From the NCBI GenBank assembly GCA_001179505.1, contig CDMY01000301.1, positions 1 through 64,000 on the forward strand: a stretch of 64,000 bases of DNA, written 5' to 3'. Below, piece after piece: positions 22,560 through 35,150 of the stretch; position 1 is the stretch's first letter; every line of letters begins with the position of its first letter. The stretch is from Vitrella brassicaformis CCMP3155. Its lineage: Eukaryota; Protista; Chromerida. The notes beneath the pieces are model-generated. The model was not told the origin of the DNA and searched no databases. It saw only the letters and a list, made by a program, of their open reading frames with translations. The translations under genes were made by a program, and so were the position numbers.

Positions 22560-25448
22560 CAGAATTCTTTTGAGATGGAATTTTGAGCTCGCAGATTCCT
22601 GGCCACGATGCACTCCCAAGTGCCTTTGTGTCTTGTTGTGTCTGTCTGGATGCATGGCTGTTGCAGGCATGAATGCGCAGCGCCCAACGTAAAACACCGC
22701 TGGGCTCTGCACTGCTCAGACCAATCAGAGGCATGCCTGTCCGTCTATCTGTCTCATCTATCTATCTCTCTCCTTCCCTCCCTCCCCCTCGCCATGCAGC
22801 CGCCTGTCTGCCTCGCTGCCTCGGTGTCCGTGTCTGTGCGTGCATCTGTCCAGTGACACACGAACACAGACAGACCGCATGAGTCAGAATAAAGAAAAAA
22901 ATGCAGACAGGCACATCGCATCGCTGTGTGGACATGTGGGTGACGGTGACGTAGCTGTCCTTTCTGCCGCCATGCATCCATCCATCCATCCATCCACTCA
23001 TCCCCCGCCCACCCCACCCAACTACACACTAGCTAACATAACATAACAAGAAACCAACCAACCGACGGTAATACATGACGTACCAAAACAACGTACACAC
23101 TAGTCCACCATCAGGCCGAGAATGTGAGTGTCGCGATCGACAGGTATGACACCAACACGAACGAACACCACCTGTGCATCTCCATCCATCTGTGTGTGTG
23201 TGGTCATCATCCATGCATATCGCTGTGCGTGCAGGTCACTAAAGTGTTGACTCATCGATTCATGCACACCGCACCGCCCCCCCCTCTCCCACCCTCTCGT
23301 TCTCCCTCCCTGTGCATGCATACACACAGGCATGCAAGAAAAATCAGGGGAAGGTGAGGAGCCGCACGCACGTGGCCATCCCGCCATACAGTGAGTGAGT
23401 GAGTGAGTGGAGTGGAGTGGCATCATCGAGTGGCAAAAAGAACAAGGGGACACACACATAATAGAAGTACCGGTGGGTCTGTCCACTTCACAATATGTGT
23501 GGGTCATCCCGAAAAAAGACACCCTGGCACACACAAACAAATACATGTTCGTTCAAGTGGTCAGTCAGTGAAGCTCCCTTGTTAGTCAGTCAATCAATCA
23601 ATCAGGTCGTCTGCAGTCTGCCTTGACTACAAGTGAGTGAGAGAGCGAGTGCAGTGATTCAATCAGTGGCGTCAGTCAGTCGTCAAGCGATCGGGTCAGT
23701 CAGGTTGCCTACCTGTCTGTTTGTCTCTGTCTGTCTGTCTGTCTGTCTCTCGGCCTTCCTGCAAGTGTCGGTCGACAGCGTCTGGAAGGCGGTGAAGGGC
23801 AGCTATGCACGTGTGCAAAGTGTCACGTGTGGTCACCGACTGTGTTTCTGGTGACCGCTCACAGGGTCATCAGAAACGCAGCAGGTGCCGGCATGCCACA
23901 CTTGCACACGTACATCCCTGCCACTTACCATCGTGTACTTTTACATGGTCCCTGACGTTGACGCGAGGCAGTCGATATTATTCATGAGCTTGTGTCCCCC
24001 ACCGTTCAGTGAGCGATCTGTGTACATGGAATCAGTCAGTCAGTCAGTTAGTGAATGTCTGTGTACATCCCTCTGTCCCAGTGCGTCCAGCCCATATACA
24101 CATACACACATACACACATGTGCTCGCGCACAGCCATGGTTTGTGGATGAATGAATGCACCGGGAGTCAGTAGTAAGTGAGTTAGTCACCAGTGCAACTG
24201 AGTGAGGGTGAGTGAGTGGCCATCGCCTCGTCCTGATTGGTTGGTGGTGGTTCGCTCTTCTCTTTCCGTAAAAAACACATCCAATCGATCTACATACATA
24301 CATACATCGATACATACGTACATACGTAATGCAACCAATGCACGTACAAGGAAGGCAGACATAACAGACAAACACGCAATCCACCCAACCAGCCAGCCAT
24401 CCATGGAGGCAGCCACCCAGCTGTCCAGCCAGCCCAGCCCACAACTAAGTGACGTTATAAACCACTGTAGCTATCCACCTACCCATGTACCTACCTAATC
24501 GATCAATCACACATACGCACATCCATCCACAGCCAGTCTGTCGGGCAGCCAGACCACACACACACACACACGCACGCACACACGAGACGGAGGTAGGGAC
24601 GGAAGGTCAAACACATCCACCAGATTCAGTCAGTGCCACCACGCATGGCACATGTGCAGTCAGTCGAGCCAGTCAGTCAGTCAAACATCGATCGACGGGC
24701 AGACACACACTGTATGTATGTATGTGTGTATGTATGTATGTGGTGCCAGCAGACAGTCAGCCGTGGGTCAGCCCATGCACTCATACGATGGATGCACAGG
24801 CCGACCAGACACACACGGACGGACGGACAAAAGATGGATGCATTCCTCTACCTTACATTATACTGCAGCCCACACATTACATTGCGCACACAACACTCTC
24901 CACACACACGAATGCACAGCGGACGGACACACACGCCACACACACATCACCCACAGCAGCAGCAGCACCAGACGAACACTTCTCGATCGGTCGATCAGTC
25001 CGTCAGTCAGTCAGCCAGCCCATGCACACAGCATACAGTCACACAGGAGCTCAAGCATGCATGCATATTACAGAGCGCATCCATGCCACTTGAATTGACA
25101 CGAACAGCTGTTTTCGCTTTTCGCTTGGATACACGCCACGCAGACCACACAATACGCCACATGCCATCACATCACATCACAACACACACGCATCAGACAT
25201 ACTGGCGGACAGACTGAGACAGTAAGCACGGTCATTTTTATGTGTCGGGAGGAAGGGAGGCATGCAGCAGGCTGGCTGGCTGGCTGGCTGGCTCGCTGGC
25301 TGGTCACCCGCTAGCAAAAGAAACATTCAGCTATCATCCATCGTATGCTATCCTAACAGTAATATCCAATGTGTTGCGGTCCAGCATCCATCCATCCATC
25401 CATCCCCGCACCACACGGCGCCCTCCCTGATGCCGCGCGCGTCTTGTC

Positions 25449-26330
25449 TTATGCACCGGCCGATGGGTCGTCCGCCACACCCCCGTTGGCTGCCATGAGC
25501 AGCGTCATGGGGGGCTCCGCCTGAGCACCCGTGGCGGCCTTGCACGAGGGAGAGCCGCCCGACGAGGCCGTGGATGTGATAGCCGTGGAGGCGCTCATCG
25601 ACCGCTCCCCCTTGGTGAGGAGCCCTGGGATGGATAGCCCCTCGGGATCCACCATGGACATGCCCTTGGCCCCGGTGTTGGCGTTGCAGGCCAGCAGGGC
25701 CATACGACGCTGGTACAGAGACGACGCACTCGGGTGCTCCAGACGGATGCTGCAATGGGAATACACACAGCGACGAGGGGCGTGTGAGACGGTGGTGGCA
25801 CACGGCCTTGTCTGTTTCATCGCACTTGGTGAGCCGTCTCGGGTTGAGTGATGAGAAGCCCGGTATGAGGGGCGTGGGCGGTTCGGCATCCGGCAGCTCA
25901 CCGCGCGACAGCAAGAAGCTCTCCTCACTGTAGGAATGATGCAACCATACAAACACACACACACCGGTCACACACACAAGCCAGTGAGGTGTCTTGCCGT
26001 GTACCTGGACTGGGAGGATGGCAGGCGTTGCAGAGACAGCATGCCTCCACACTCTCACAGGCACAAGCATACACCTATCAAAGTCGTAGGCCCGGGGGAT
26101 CTGATCGTGGTGGGGAGACAGACAGCCCACCGCCTTCACAGCTCGACCTGGTTCACACGCATGCCACCACACAGCACAGCACTGCTGCTGCTCATCCCAC
26201 ATCCCCATGCGCCGGCTTGCCGTGAGCAGTGACTGGCCCTCCTCACCTGCAGCTTGGGAGTAGGCGGATATTGCGGGAAAGTTGTAATAGCAGCTGGTAT
26301 GGTCGCTGCAAGTCGTCCTTCAACCCTGCT
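25449..26330 (-). CDS. Hypothetical protein; 5' end unresolved
   Basis: Coding-like exons ..YYNFPAISAYSQAAG|RAVKAVGCLSPHHDQIPRAYDFD, ..SEESFLLSRGELPDAEPPTPLIPG.., and IRLEHPSASSLYQRRMALLAC..DDPSAGA*. Only one junction phase was verified. Confidence 0.35.
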
Positions 26331-26549
26331 GCGACGCCGTAGCGCCACAACAAGCCCAACCTGTGCGGATTCACTCGGAGAGAAGCGAGCTCAAACGCAA
26401 GCTCAGACGCAACGGCGATGGGAATGAGTACGGTAGCTCCCCCCTCAGGCGGGCGTGGTGCGCAGGACGGCAGGTGCAAGTGAGATGTCCAGCGGTTCCC
26501 CCTTGAATCCTCGTTGGCTGTCGATATCTTAGTATAGAACGAGTCGGGG

Positions 26550-27904
26550 ATGGACGCCCATTCAGTATTGGATCCGTCGGATGAGTTGCTGCGGCATGAG
26601 CTGATGGAAACCAATGCGGCCAACGAGGGCGGACGAGTAGAGGAGGAGGACGATGCCGATGAGGGGTCAGGCCCTGCTGGCGAGAGGCATGACTACCGGC
26701 CGCCCGCCAGGAGGGGAGGCAAGGGCGTAGACGAGGAAGATCTTGGGTACGTCATCTCGCGGGTGGCGGCATCGTCGTCCGGGTACGCTGATGATACACA
26801 GGACAGGACGTGACACTCGAGCCACACTGGTCTGTCTGCGTGTGTGTGTGTGTGTGTGTTGTTTGCAGTGTTGAGACTGCGACGATTCGTAAGTGCACGA
26901 GGAATTCCAAGACGCCGTCACTCGACGCCAGCCCAGCGTACGACCCAGGTGCGAATTCAGCCACCCACGCACGCACAGATCGCATGAATGATCCACATCC
27001 CACGTGTATCTATCTACCTGTGTGGTGTGTGTCGGGCATCCATTCATCCATCTGCTCTGCTCTGCTGCTTGCAGGTGGTTTCAGCGACGGTTCGGACTGC
27101 TGGAGCGTGGTAGTAACTGATCTGATGAATCGCCTGCAGGAGAAGCGGTACAGCTGTGCCGTGCACGGATCCATCGGCGCATACCAGCTCGCCTACCTCG
27201 CCTCACAGCAGACCATACTCACAAACCCTACACAGGAGGTACGTACTGCCACCCCACCCCCAGTCATCCATATATCCTCCCACAGCGCACAGGCAGATGG
27301 ATGGATTCAGTCAGCATCATGTCATGCGTTCGTTTATCCATGCACCTACCGCACCCTGCAGGATATCGAGAAGGCTGCGCAGTCTGTGTCAGACGACTTA
27401 GATGTTGACGACCACTTTTCGGTTCTCAGGGCATCGCTCAGCATGCCAAAGGTGAGCCAATCGGGGAGCTTTTGGAGGGACGAACGCTGAGTGTACGACA
27501 CCACGATGAACCGCTGTGTGCTGTCTTCATCTCTGTCGTGTGTGCAGATCAGTGACGTGCACTTCAACCATAGGAAGAACAGCTGGACATGCCAGGTGCG
27601 GGCGAATACAAACATATCCGGTAGCTTCGGTACGCACACAGACCGGCCGTATAACACACACGGCTGGCCACAGCCCCACACACACCAAAACCAATCCCAT
27701 GGCTGCCGTGTCTTTGTTCATTCAGGCTGCACACGCAACTTTGCGCTCAGGCAGTTTGGCTTCCGTACGGCGTGGTTGAGTGCGGTCGAGACGAGGGCGA
27801 AGATGCGTGCTGAGCGGCCGGCCAAGGGACGCACCACCATGAGCCCCTCACCTTCGCGAGAGGAGACCATCCAGGACTCGCCCTTCTCACCATCCGATTC
27901 GTGA
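26550..27904 (+). CDS. ApiAP2 transcription factor with a single C-terminal AP2 domain
   Basis: Spliced ISDVHFNHRKNSWTCQVRANTNISGCTRNFALRQFGFRTAWLSAVETRAKM fits the apicomplexan AP2 pattern (V.F.....W.....F....FG...A...A...R). The N-terminus is acidic. Confidence 0.8.
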
Positions 27905-28174
27905 ATCAATGTATGTCAGCCACACAGCCACACCACACCATGAGGTGATATCAGTAGACAAAGACGGTAGATCAGATGGGCGGTACTTGCGCGGCGGTCT
28001 TACGTTGATGGCGTGTTGAGTGCAAGTGATGCCGGGAGGGAAGGGGTGCCAGGCTGTACATAGTGGGTGTGTGACAGGGAGCGGTTCATATATTGACGGC
28101 AGAAGACCTTGTGTGTACATACATATGTGTAATCTGCTATCGCGCGCCGGGAAGCCCCGGCGAGAATTTACCAT

Positions 28175-28993
28175 ATGGGAGACAGTCTCGTAAGTAGAAG
28201 TCCGTCATCCTCCCGCCGCCTCCCCTTCTTCTGGACAGCGCCGCCGCTGACGGGACAGACCCTTGCCCGTCAACGTGCCCCAAAACGTCCATCCGGCAGG
28301 CATCCCATGGGTGGACGCCAGAGGCCGACCACTGGTACTTCGACAGAGTCGTGGAATACGTGGATGCAAGTTATCATTATTTATGTCTTTCAGACGGAGA
28401 TTGAGCGGCTTCGACGGGACCTCAACCTCACACGCCAAGAGAGGGACGTCTAGAGAAGGTGCGAACCCTGCATCCGCACTCAAATGGATGCGATGCACAG
28501 GGTCTGCGTCCCTATGTTTTACCTCTGGTTCAGGGATGTCGACATTGTGCGTCGAGAGAGGGGCAGGAGACCCGCGAGAGGCTGCAGGCGGAGGAGGCCC
28601 GTCGCATCGAATGCGACCACGTGGGCACACTCACCACCCCGGAGAGGCAAGCCCTCATCGTTCGATGCCAGGAGGAGCAAGCCCGCCTGATGCAGCTGGT
28701 GGTGAGAGCCAGTACGGGCCTCGATGAGCACGAGGAGCGGGAGAGGGAGCTCGAAGAGCTGTGCCCCGTCTGCTTTGCAAACCCAAGAGAGGCGCCGTGC
28801 CGTAGGCCACCGACAGGGGACAAATGGGATGGTGGTGTGGGGATGTTTCTTTGCTGTTTCCTATCGTTCAGGCTGTGAGCCGCACCAACGGGCGTTGTGC
28901 GATGAGTGCTTGGCCCACGTCCTGCAGGACGCCCAGGAGCACCAGAGGGCTCCCCGCTGCCCTTTTTGCCAGGCTGAGTACGATGCAGCGTAG
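28175..28993 (+). pseudogene. Coiled-coil plus RING-finger gene, apparently disrupted
   Basis: CPVCFANPRE..GCEPH..LCDECL..CPFC RING-like motif. In-frame TAG at 28451-28453 (RQERDV*RR) and a 1-nt shift near 28560 (DVDIVRRE / GQETRERLQAEE). Confidence 0.6.
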
Positions 28994-29356
28994 GCCTGCA
29001 GGTGGTGTGGTCTCGGCCGGCCGGATACCGACACGTATAGGTATTTCCTTATCTGGCCTTCCTAGTCGCCAGTCGAATACACCGATCTATCCATCCATCC
29101 ATCCAGGACATGCAAGCGCTGTCTTTTTCTGCCCTCCCTGCCTCCCTCCCTCCTGCTGAGGAGCGACTGGCGGGTAAAGACGCAGATAGGTAAATGGATA
29201 GATAGATAGATAGACACCAGTGGGATAGAGAGACAGATACAGAGGGCAGGGACAGACGGCCACGTCCATCTATTGATCCGTCTGTCCATCCTTTTGTGTG
29301 TGTCTGCGTGTGCGTGTGCGTGCGACTGTGTCTGTGTGTCCGTGTGCGTCGTGCAG

Positions 29357-31184
29357 GCAGAGAGGAGAGCCCCTGAATCAGATTGGATTTCCGCGGAGCT
29401 GAAGAGGGCGAATGTTACAGTGGTGAGTGCTTCAGCCAGTCAAAGAGAGCCGAGCAAGACACCTCTGGACGTCGCCGTCCTGAACACAAACATCTGCTCT
29501 GTCTGTCTGTCTGTCTGTAGGATTGGTTGGAGAGGGAGGCCGGCCTGTCGCTGGACGGCAGCGCGGGGGCGCGTTTCGGCCGCTTTGGTGTGGTCGTGGC
29601 GATACGCGACGGAGGGGGACGCCGCTGGGCTGTGAAGATTCTGCGTGAGTAGCACGACTCGGGCGCACAGGTGCGTGAGTGATTGGGTGGGTGGGTGTGG
29701 CGAGAGATGGTGTGGTGGGTGCGCACCGATTGGTTCTTGTGTGTTCTTGTGTTGGTTGCACGTGTCGGCATGTCGACACACAGGATGGCGAGTACTTGCG
29801 GACCGGCAACGACCTATGGCTGACATTGTGCCGGCGGCGGCGCGGTAACTTAAAGCCGCGGTGCGCCAACGTGGTCAGCGTCGAAGAGGTCTATCACATC
29901 GCGGTTCCCACGGCGAGCGCCTGACGGCCTACAAGATGGAATGGATCGAAGGTACGTAAGCAGGGAGCAGCCTGCATCAGACAGACAGACAGACAGATGT
30001 ATGGATGGATGGATGGATGAGTCACTCATGACCATCTCTCTCTCTCTCTTTCTCTCTCTTCTCTGTCTGTCTGTCTGTCTGTCGGTGTCTGCAGGAGTTC
30101 TGATTGACCTGGACCTGTCGGCGGTGTCCACACTGGAGGCCACGCGCACCGTCGGGACTGTCGCTGACGGTCTCTTTGCGGCCATTCAAGAGCTACAACT
30201 CCACCGACTGGTGCATGGCGACATCCGTGTACGTGCGTCGCGTCAAGTGCACCCACCCATCCCGTCATCCACCCATGTCTCATGTATGTATTTGTTTGTC
30301 GACAGGCGGCGAATGTTGGTTTGCGTGAGTCGGTTGGCGGCGGCTGCGAGGCGGTGCTCATCGACCTCGACCGGCTCAGGAAGGACCACTCGATGACGTA
30401 CGTACCCATTCGCGCACTAACTCACAAAATCGACCGACGCCAGACAGCCAGCCAGACAGGAAGAGAAAGACGCGTGACTGTTCGTGTGTGTGGATGTGTC
30501 TTTGGATGTCTCTCTGTCTGTGTGCGTGTGTGTGTCTTCTCTCTGTCTGTGTGTGTGTGTGTGTGTGTGTGCAGGGTCCGCGTGCGTTAGACATGGGCCG
30601 AGATGTGTGGTGTGCGACCAGGTCCCTGCTGCAGCGTTGCAAGGAGATCCGCGTGCACTGGCGTCTTGTGGAGATCATCGAGCGTGCTAATGCCGATGCC
30701 GTGAGGCGTCCTCGCGACGCCACCACAGGGGCCCACGGCCGCCCCTCCCTCTCTCATTGTCTGATTGTCTCTGTGAATGCATGGATTGATTGATGCAGGT
30801 GCGATCCGCCCTTCGCCGTTTTCTGTCGACAGAGCTGCCGAATTTCATTCCAGACGACAGCTGGTCCGAGTTGAGCCGAGAGGACGACCATGAGAGTGCG
30901 GGGGTGTGTAACGATGGCGACGGTGAGGTCGAAGAGACGCGAACAAGACCGCAGCATGGCGAGACGCCTCCTCCTGGCGCCCCCCTCCCGCCACCAGCAG
31001 TGACATTCGTGCCAGTGGCGCCACCAAGTCACCCACCCGCACTTACGCATCACATCACGGTCCCCCCGCTCGCCCCGCCACTCCACACCGGCTGCTGGGG
31101 GCCTCCTGCGGCCGCAAGTGGCGCCCGCTTCGCTCACCGACCTGCACCCCCGCCCACACATCATGTCACGATGCCCACAGCCGC
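29357..31184 (+). pseudogene. Degenerate protein-kinase-like gene with a Pro-rich tail running into the assembly gap
   Basis: GARFGRFGVV (subdomain I), WAVKIL (II), NVVSVEEVY..YKMEWIEG (IV-V), LVHGDIRAAN (VIb), VLIDLD (VII), GRDVW (IX). Frameshift near 29910 and a phase mismatch at the 29645/29783 junction; no start codon found. Confidence 0.6.
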
Positions 31185-31484
31185 NNNNNNNNNNNNNNNN
31201 NNNNNNNNNNNNNNNNNNNNNNNNNNNNNNNNNNNNNNNNNNNNNNNNNNNNNNNNNNNNNNNNNNNNNNNNNNNNNNNNNNNNNNNNNNNNNNNNNNNN
31301 NNNNNNNNNNNNNNNNNNNNNNNNNNNNNNNNNNNNNNNNNNNNNNNNNNNNNNNNNNNNNNNNNNNNNNNNNNNNNNNNNNNNNNNNNNNNNNNNNNNN
31401 NNNNNNNNNNNNNNNNNNNNNNNNNNNNNNNNNNNNNNNNNNNNNNNNNNNNNNNNNNNNNNNNNNNNNNNNNNNNNNNNNNNN
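31185..31484. other. Assembly gap (300 N)
   Basis: Run of n from 31185 to 31484; the round size suggests an estimated gap length. Confidence 1.
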
Positions 31485-32157
31485 CGGAGGCCGACACGAC
31501 CACCCGACGCCAGCAGAGGAGGCCAGCAGCTGTGTGCCGCCCCCGCCCCGGCCACAACGGCAGTCGCCCCACCTCTCCTCGCCCCAGCGGCACTCGCAAG
31601 GCCATCGGCAGCCACACACAGCTGCGCTGGTCCACTGGTGGGCGGCGTCGCTGCGATGGTGGGCGGCATGGCCAACTGGACCGTCACACGTCGTTGTTGG
31701 ATTACTGCAGTGGCGACAAGTGTGTGTCAACGAAGCATGATTGCTATCTGCATTTTATATTTGATGTCTCATGGATCTCCAGCACCACCGTCGGCACTCG
31801 TGGCTTTGTTTTTTAGAGAGTTCGAAAGGCCTCAACGCATCCATGTTTGTTTGCATCATGAGATGGAAGATCGCAGTGAATTAAAGCATAGTGAGGAGGG
31901 CTGCGCGGCCAGGTGGACTCACTCGGTGCTCAGTTGCACGAGAGAAGATTCACCTCCTTCATCCTCTTCGACCGTCGCCCACGCACTCAAGATATTCGCT
32001 GCGAAGTAGCTTGGTCAGTCGGCTCGGCCAGCCTGATGGCCAGGGAGAGAATCCTGTCGCAGTAGATCGTGCGAACAACCTCTCGCTTCGTCTTCTGACC
32101 GGCGTCGTCGTCTGTGACATTTTGTTGTCGTTGGGTGCTCTGGGTGGCTGCCACACG

Positions 32158-32999
32158 ATGTCGAAACCCATCGATTATTCAAAATGGGACAATCTCGATT
32201 ACAGCAGCGATGAAGATGACAGCCTGCCTCCAGCTGCCATCGGCATGACGGCGTTAGCTGCAAGCGAGAAGACCCAGAAGGAGCTGCTGGAGCAGGTTCG
32301 TCGCGACCTGCAGAAGGCCAAGCGCGAGAACGAGCCTGACACCATCGGCCTTGACGGCATACTGGGACTGCTGAGCGAGGAGGGCTGGTGGAGCGACTCA
32401 GACGAGCAGTGCGTCGACCCTGGCAAGGTGCTGTATCCCTTCGAGAGCCTCATCATCTTCAACTCATTCGCCCAGTTCCCTGTTGGGTTCATGGCGAGAG
32501 ATCGAGCCACGGGCAAGCTGCCGACACGCCTGCCGAAGGGAACGACGAACCCCTTCTATATGTCACTCGATGACTACGGCAAATGTGAACATTGTTCGCC
32601 AGGGAGGACGTGTCTGTGTGTAGCTGTTCATTCGTGTGTTGCTTCAGATAAGGTGGAAATTGCTATCCAGGCGTCTGATCCGGTGGGTCTGCACTCACTA
32701 GTATGCACAATACGGACAGGCATACTTGTTTGCACCTGCGCAGGCCAAGGGCGTGACGATGGGCGATGCCGCCAAGGCCATCAACGAGCTGAGCAAGGCC
32801 AAGCGAGATGCTCTCATGTACAACTCGTTCCACGGCCAATGGCCTCACCACCAGTGAGTGAACAAGGCAACGGCGGTGGCCGTGACGTGCGTGACCATGT
32901 GAGTGTGGGTGTGTGTGGGTGTCGGTGTGTGTGTGCAGCTTCCTGGAGGGTGCGTTCCGCGATAGTACCGGCCGATACTATCCTATGTTTGGCAGCTAA
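32158..32999 (+). CDS. Small hypothetical protein with a Cdc37-N-type IDYSKWD motif
   Basis: MSKPIDYSKWDNLDYSSDEDD resembles the Cdc37 N-terminal motif, but the rest is not Cdc37-like. Ends ..HFLEGAFRDSTGRYYPMFGS*. Middle junctions need GC donors, so the model is tentative. Confidence 0.55.
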
Positions 33000-33156
33000 A
33001 TGGCTGGCCAAGACGACGCCAAAAACACATCACGTGAGTTGCACACGAGTTGCGATGAAGAAGGCGGCACGGATGGAGGCCTCTGTGGTGTGTGTGTGTG
33101 TGTGTGTGTTGCAGTGAGCTCTTGTGTTAGTAGTTTTTTGGCGTGTATGTATTACT

Positions 33157-33174
33157 CCGATTGCCCATCCGTGC

Positions 33175-33217
<43 letters not shown>

Positions 33218-33854
33218 GCGCAGTGAGTGCGGGCGTGTGGCTCTGAAGCGCACTTCTCGGTTTTTGACCCCGGGGCGAGAGAGAGAGGGGGTGCCTTAGC
33301 TAGCTGTGTATGAGCATAAATGCCACGTCGACAGAGCGACAGACCCAGTTTATTTGTGTGTATTCCGTGATCATGTGTGTGCCGTGTCTGTGCATTTAGG
33401 GCTTTTTGACATGCAGGGCATTGCCGGCACACAGGTTGGTTCCGCACCGCACGGCCCTTTGCCCTTCGTCTCAAACGTTACCTTGACACAAACGCACACG
33501 TCAGGCAGGCAGGCAGGCAGGACACTCATCCTCCCTAGCCAATCCAAGCCATCCATCCGCTGCGCTGTATGCCTGCGCGTGTACGAAGACAGGTGAGTGT
33601 AGGCCGATTGGCCATCCGTGCGTGTGTGAGAGAGAGCGGCGTAGTGAGAGAGGGCGTGTGGCTCTGAAGCGCAGTGCTCGGTTTTTAACACCCAACAAGC
33701 GAGAGAGAGAAGGAGAGGGGGTGGGGGGTGCCTTAGCCAGCTCCGTCTGCGGATACACACCACGTGGACAGAGCGACAGACTCAGTGTATTTGTGTGTAT
33801 TGCGTGATCATGTGTGCGCCGTGTCTGTGCATTTAATGGCTTTTTGACGTGCAG
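33157..33854. repeat. Imperfect tandem direct duplication (~260-nt core at 33157-33416 and 33604-33854)
   Basis: Shared blocks in both copies, including ccgattg.ccatccgtgcgtgtgt, gggcgtgtggctctgaagcgca, gggggtgccttagc.agct, gacagagcgacagac and gtgatcatgtgtg.gccgtgtctgtgcattta. Confidence 0.85.
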
Positions 33855-34013
33855 AGAAGGACATTCATCCATCCTCCCAACGACCAATCCAATCCAATCC
33901 ATCCATCCATCTGCATGTATGTGTTGTACGCGTTGTGCTCATGCACGCAGCAACAATCGCTCCACAGCGAGTTGGGGGCGCCACGAAGATCGCGCCCCCA
34001 GACGGACAGCATC

Positions 34014-34592
34014 ATGACGACTTCAGCGGGTGATGGTGGCCCTCAAGAAGAGTACAAGACGCTCATGGGTGACGACATCCCAGAGCTTGTCCTGCACGCA
34101 TCGTATATCGCATTGCATCTCTTTTTGTAGGGGCTCGGGTTCTTTACCCGCCTGACGTGCCCGACGACATTCTCGAGGACGTCATCCAGAAAGCGTACAG
34201 ACTTAAGGCTCACAGCATGGCACGGCACGCCCTTCTGTGTGCATGCAATGAGTGAGGTTGACGCATGGGACCTTTTGTCTCCTCCCTCTCTATGCACCTC
34301 CTTACTCCTGCAGGCAGCGGTTGACGGAGGAGCACAATCCCGATAGAGAGGGGCAGAGGATAGCTGAGGCCATGAAGCATGAACTCGACCAAAAATGGGG
34401 ACCCTACTGGCACGTGGTCTGCGAGACAAGACGCGGCGCAGAGCCCACACTCAGGTCGTTATCTTGTGTATTCGTGTCTGTGTGCATCCATTGCAGATCG
34501 TTGGGCGGCATTTCGGGACCTACGTGATATCGTCCACTCAGCGCTTCGTCTACTTCTACCTTGGGCCCCACGCATTTTGTGTGTACAAGTGA
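34014..34592 (+). CDS. Dynein light chain, LC8/type 1 family
   Basis: Four exons: MTTSAGDGGPQEEYKTLMG|ARVLYPPDVPDDILEDVIQKA|QRLTEEH..IAEAMKHELDQKWGPYWHV|IVGRHFGTYVISSTQRFVYFYLGPHAFCVYK*. Confidence 0.92.
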
Positions 34593-35080
34593 ATGACCCG
34601 TGTTCTCACACATGACGGATGAATCCGTGCATGTGATTGTTCGACCATTTCGGTGCCGCCTGAATGAGTCGACGAACGACGCATACAATGCAATCGATTG
34701 ACAGCCATTCACGGTGTAGGTCGGTAGATAGATAGGAACGTTCGGTCCATTAGAGGCCCACTTCGTTATCAGACGACAGATTGCCATCCAGCCAGCCAGC
34801 CAGCCAGCAACACCCACCAGCAACACTCACTCCTCACTCTCTGTCTGTTCATTAGGTGTATATTCCGCCCACCCTCCCTCCCTCCCTCCCTCCCTCTCTC
34901 TCCCTCCACAGGCCGATCAACGCGGACAGTGAATGACGTACCAGGAAAGCAGCAATTCAACACGGCCCCCCTCCTCGCCAACATACATACATACACCCCA
35001 CGTCACTCGCACCAGACGACCAACCTGCATATAGGATGATGAAGGACTCTTGACCGACCGGCAGACACCCCAGTCAGCCG

Positions 35081-35114
35081 TCACTCCCACCAGTCGGGCT
35101 GCACGCGTCACACA

Positions 35115-35150
<36 letters not shown>

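Noticed and set aside
28451-28453. TAG readthrough in the RING gene, as a parallel to the phosphoesterase TGA
   Set aside because: A frameshift follows about 100 nt later, so pseudogenisation is the simpler explanation.
31891-33117. 408-aa ORF as one continuous protein
   Set aside because: It starts at a GTG far upstream of the motif-bearing ATG (32158) and reads through introns.
33157-33854. CRISPR-like or satellite array
   Set aside because: Only two long imperfect copies in a eukaryotic context; no repeat-spacer periodicity and no cas genes.
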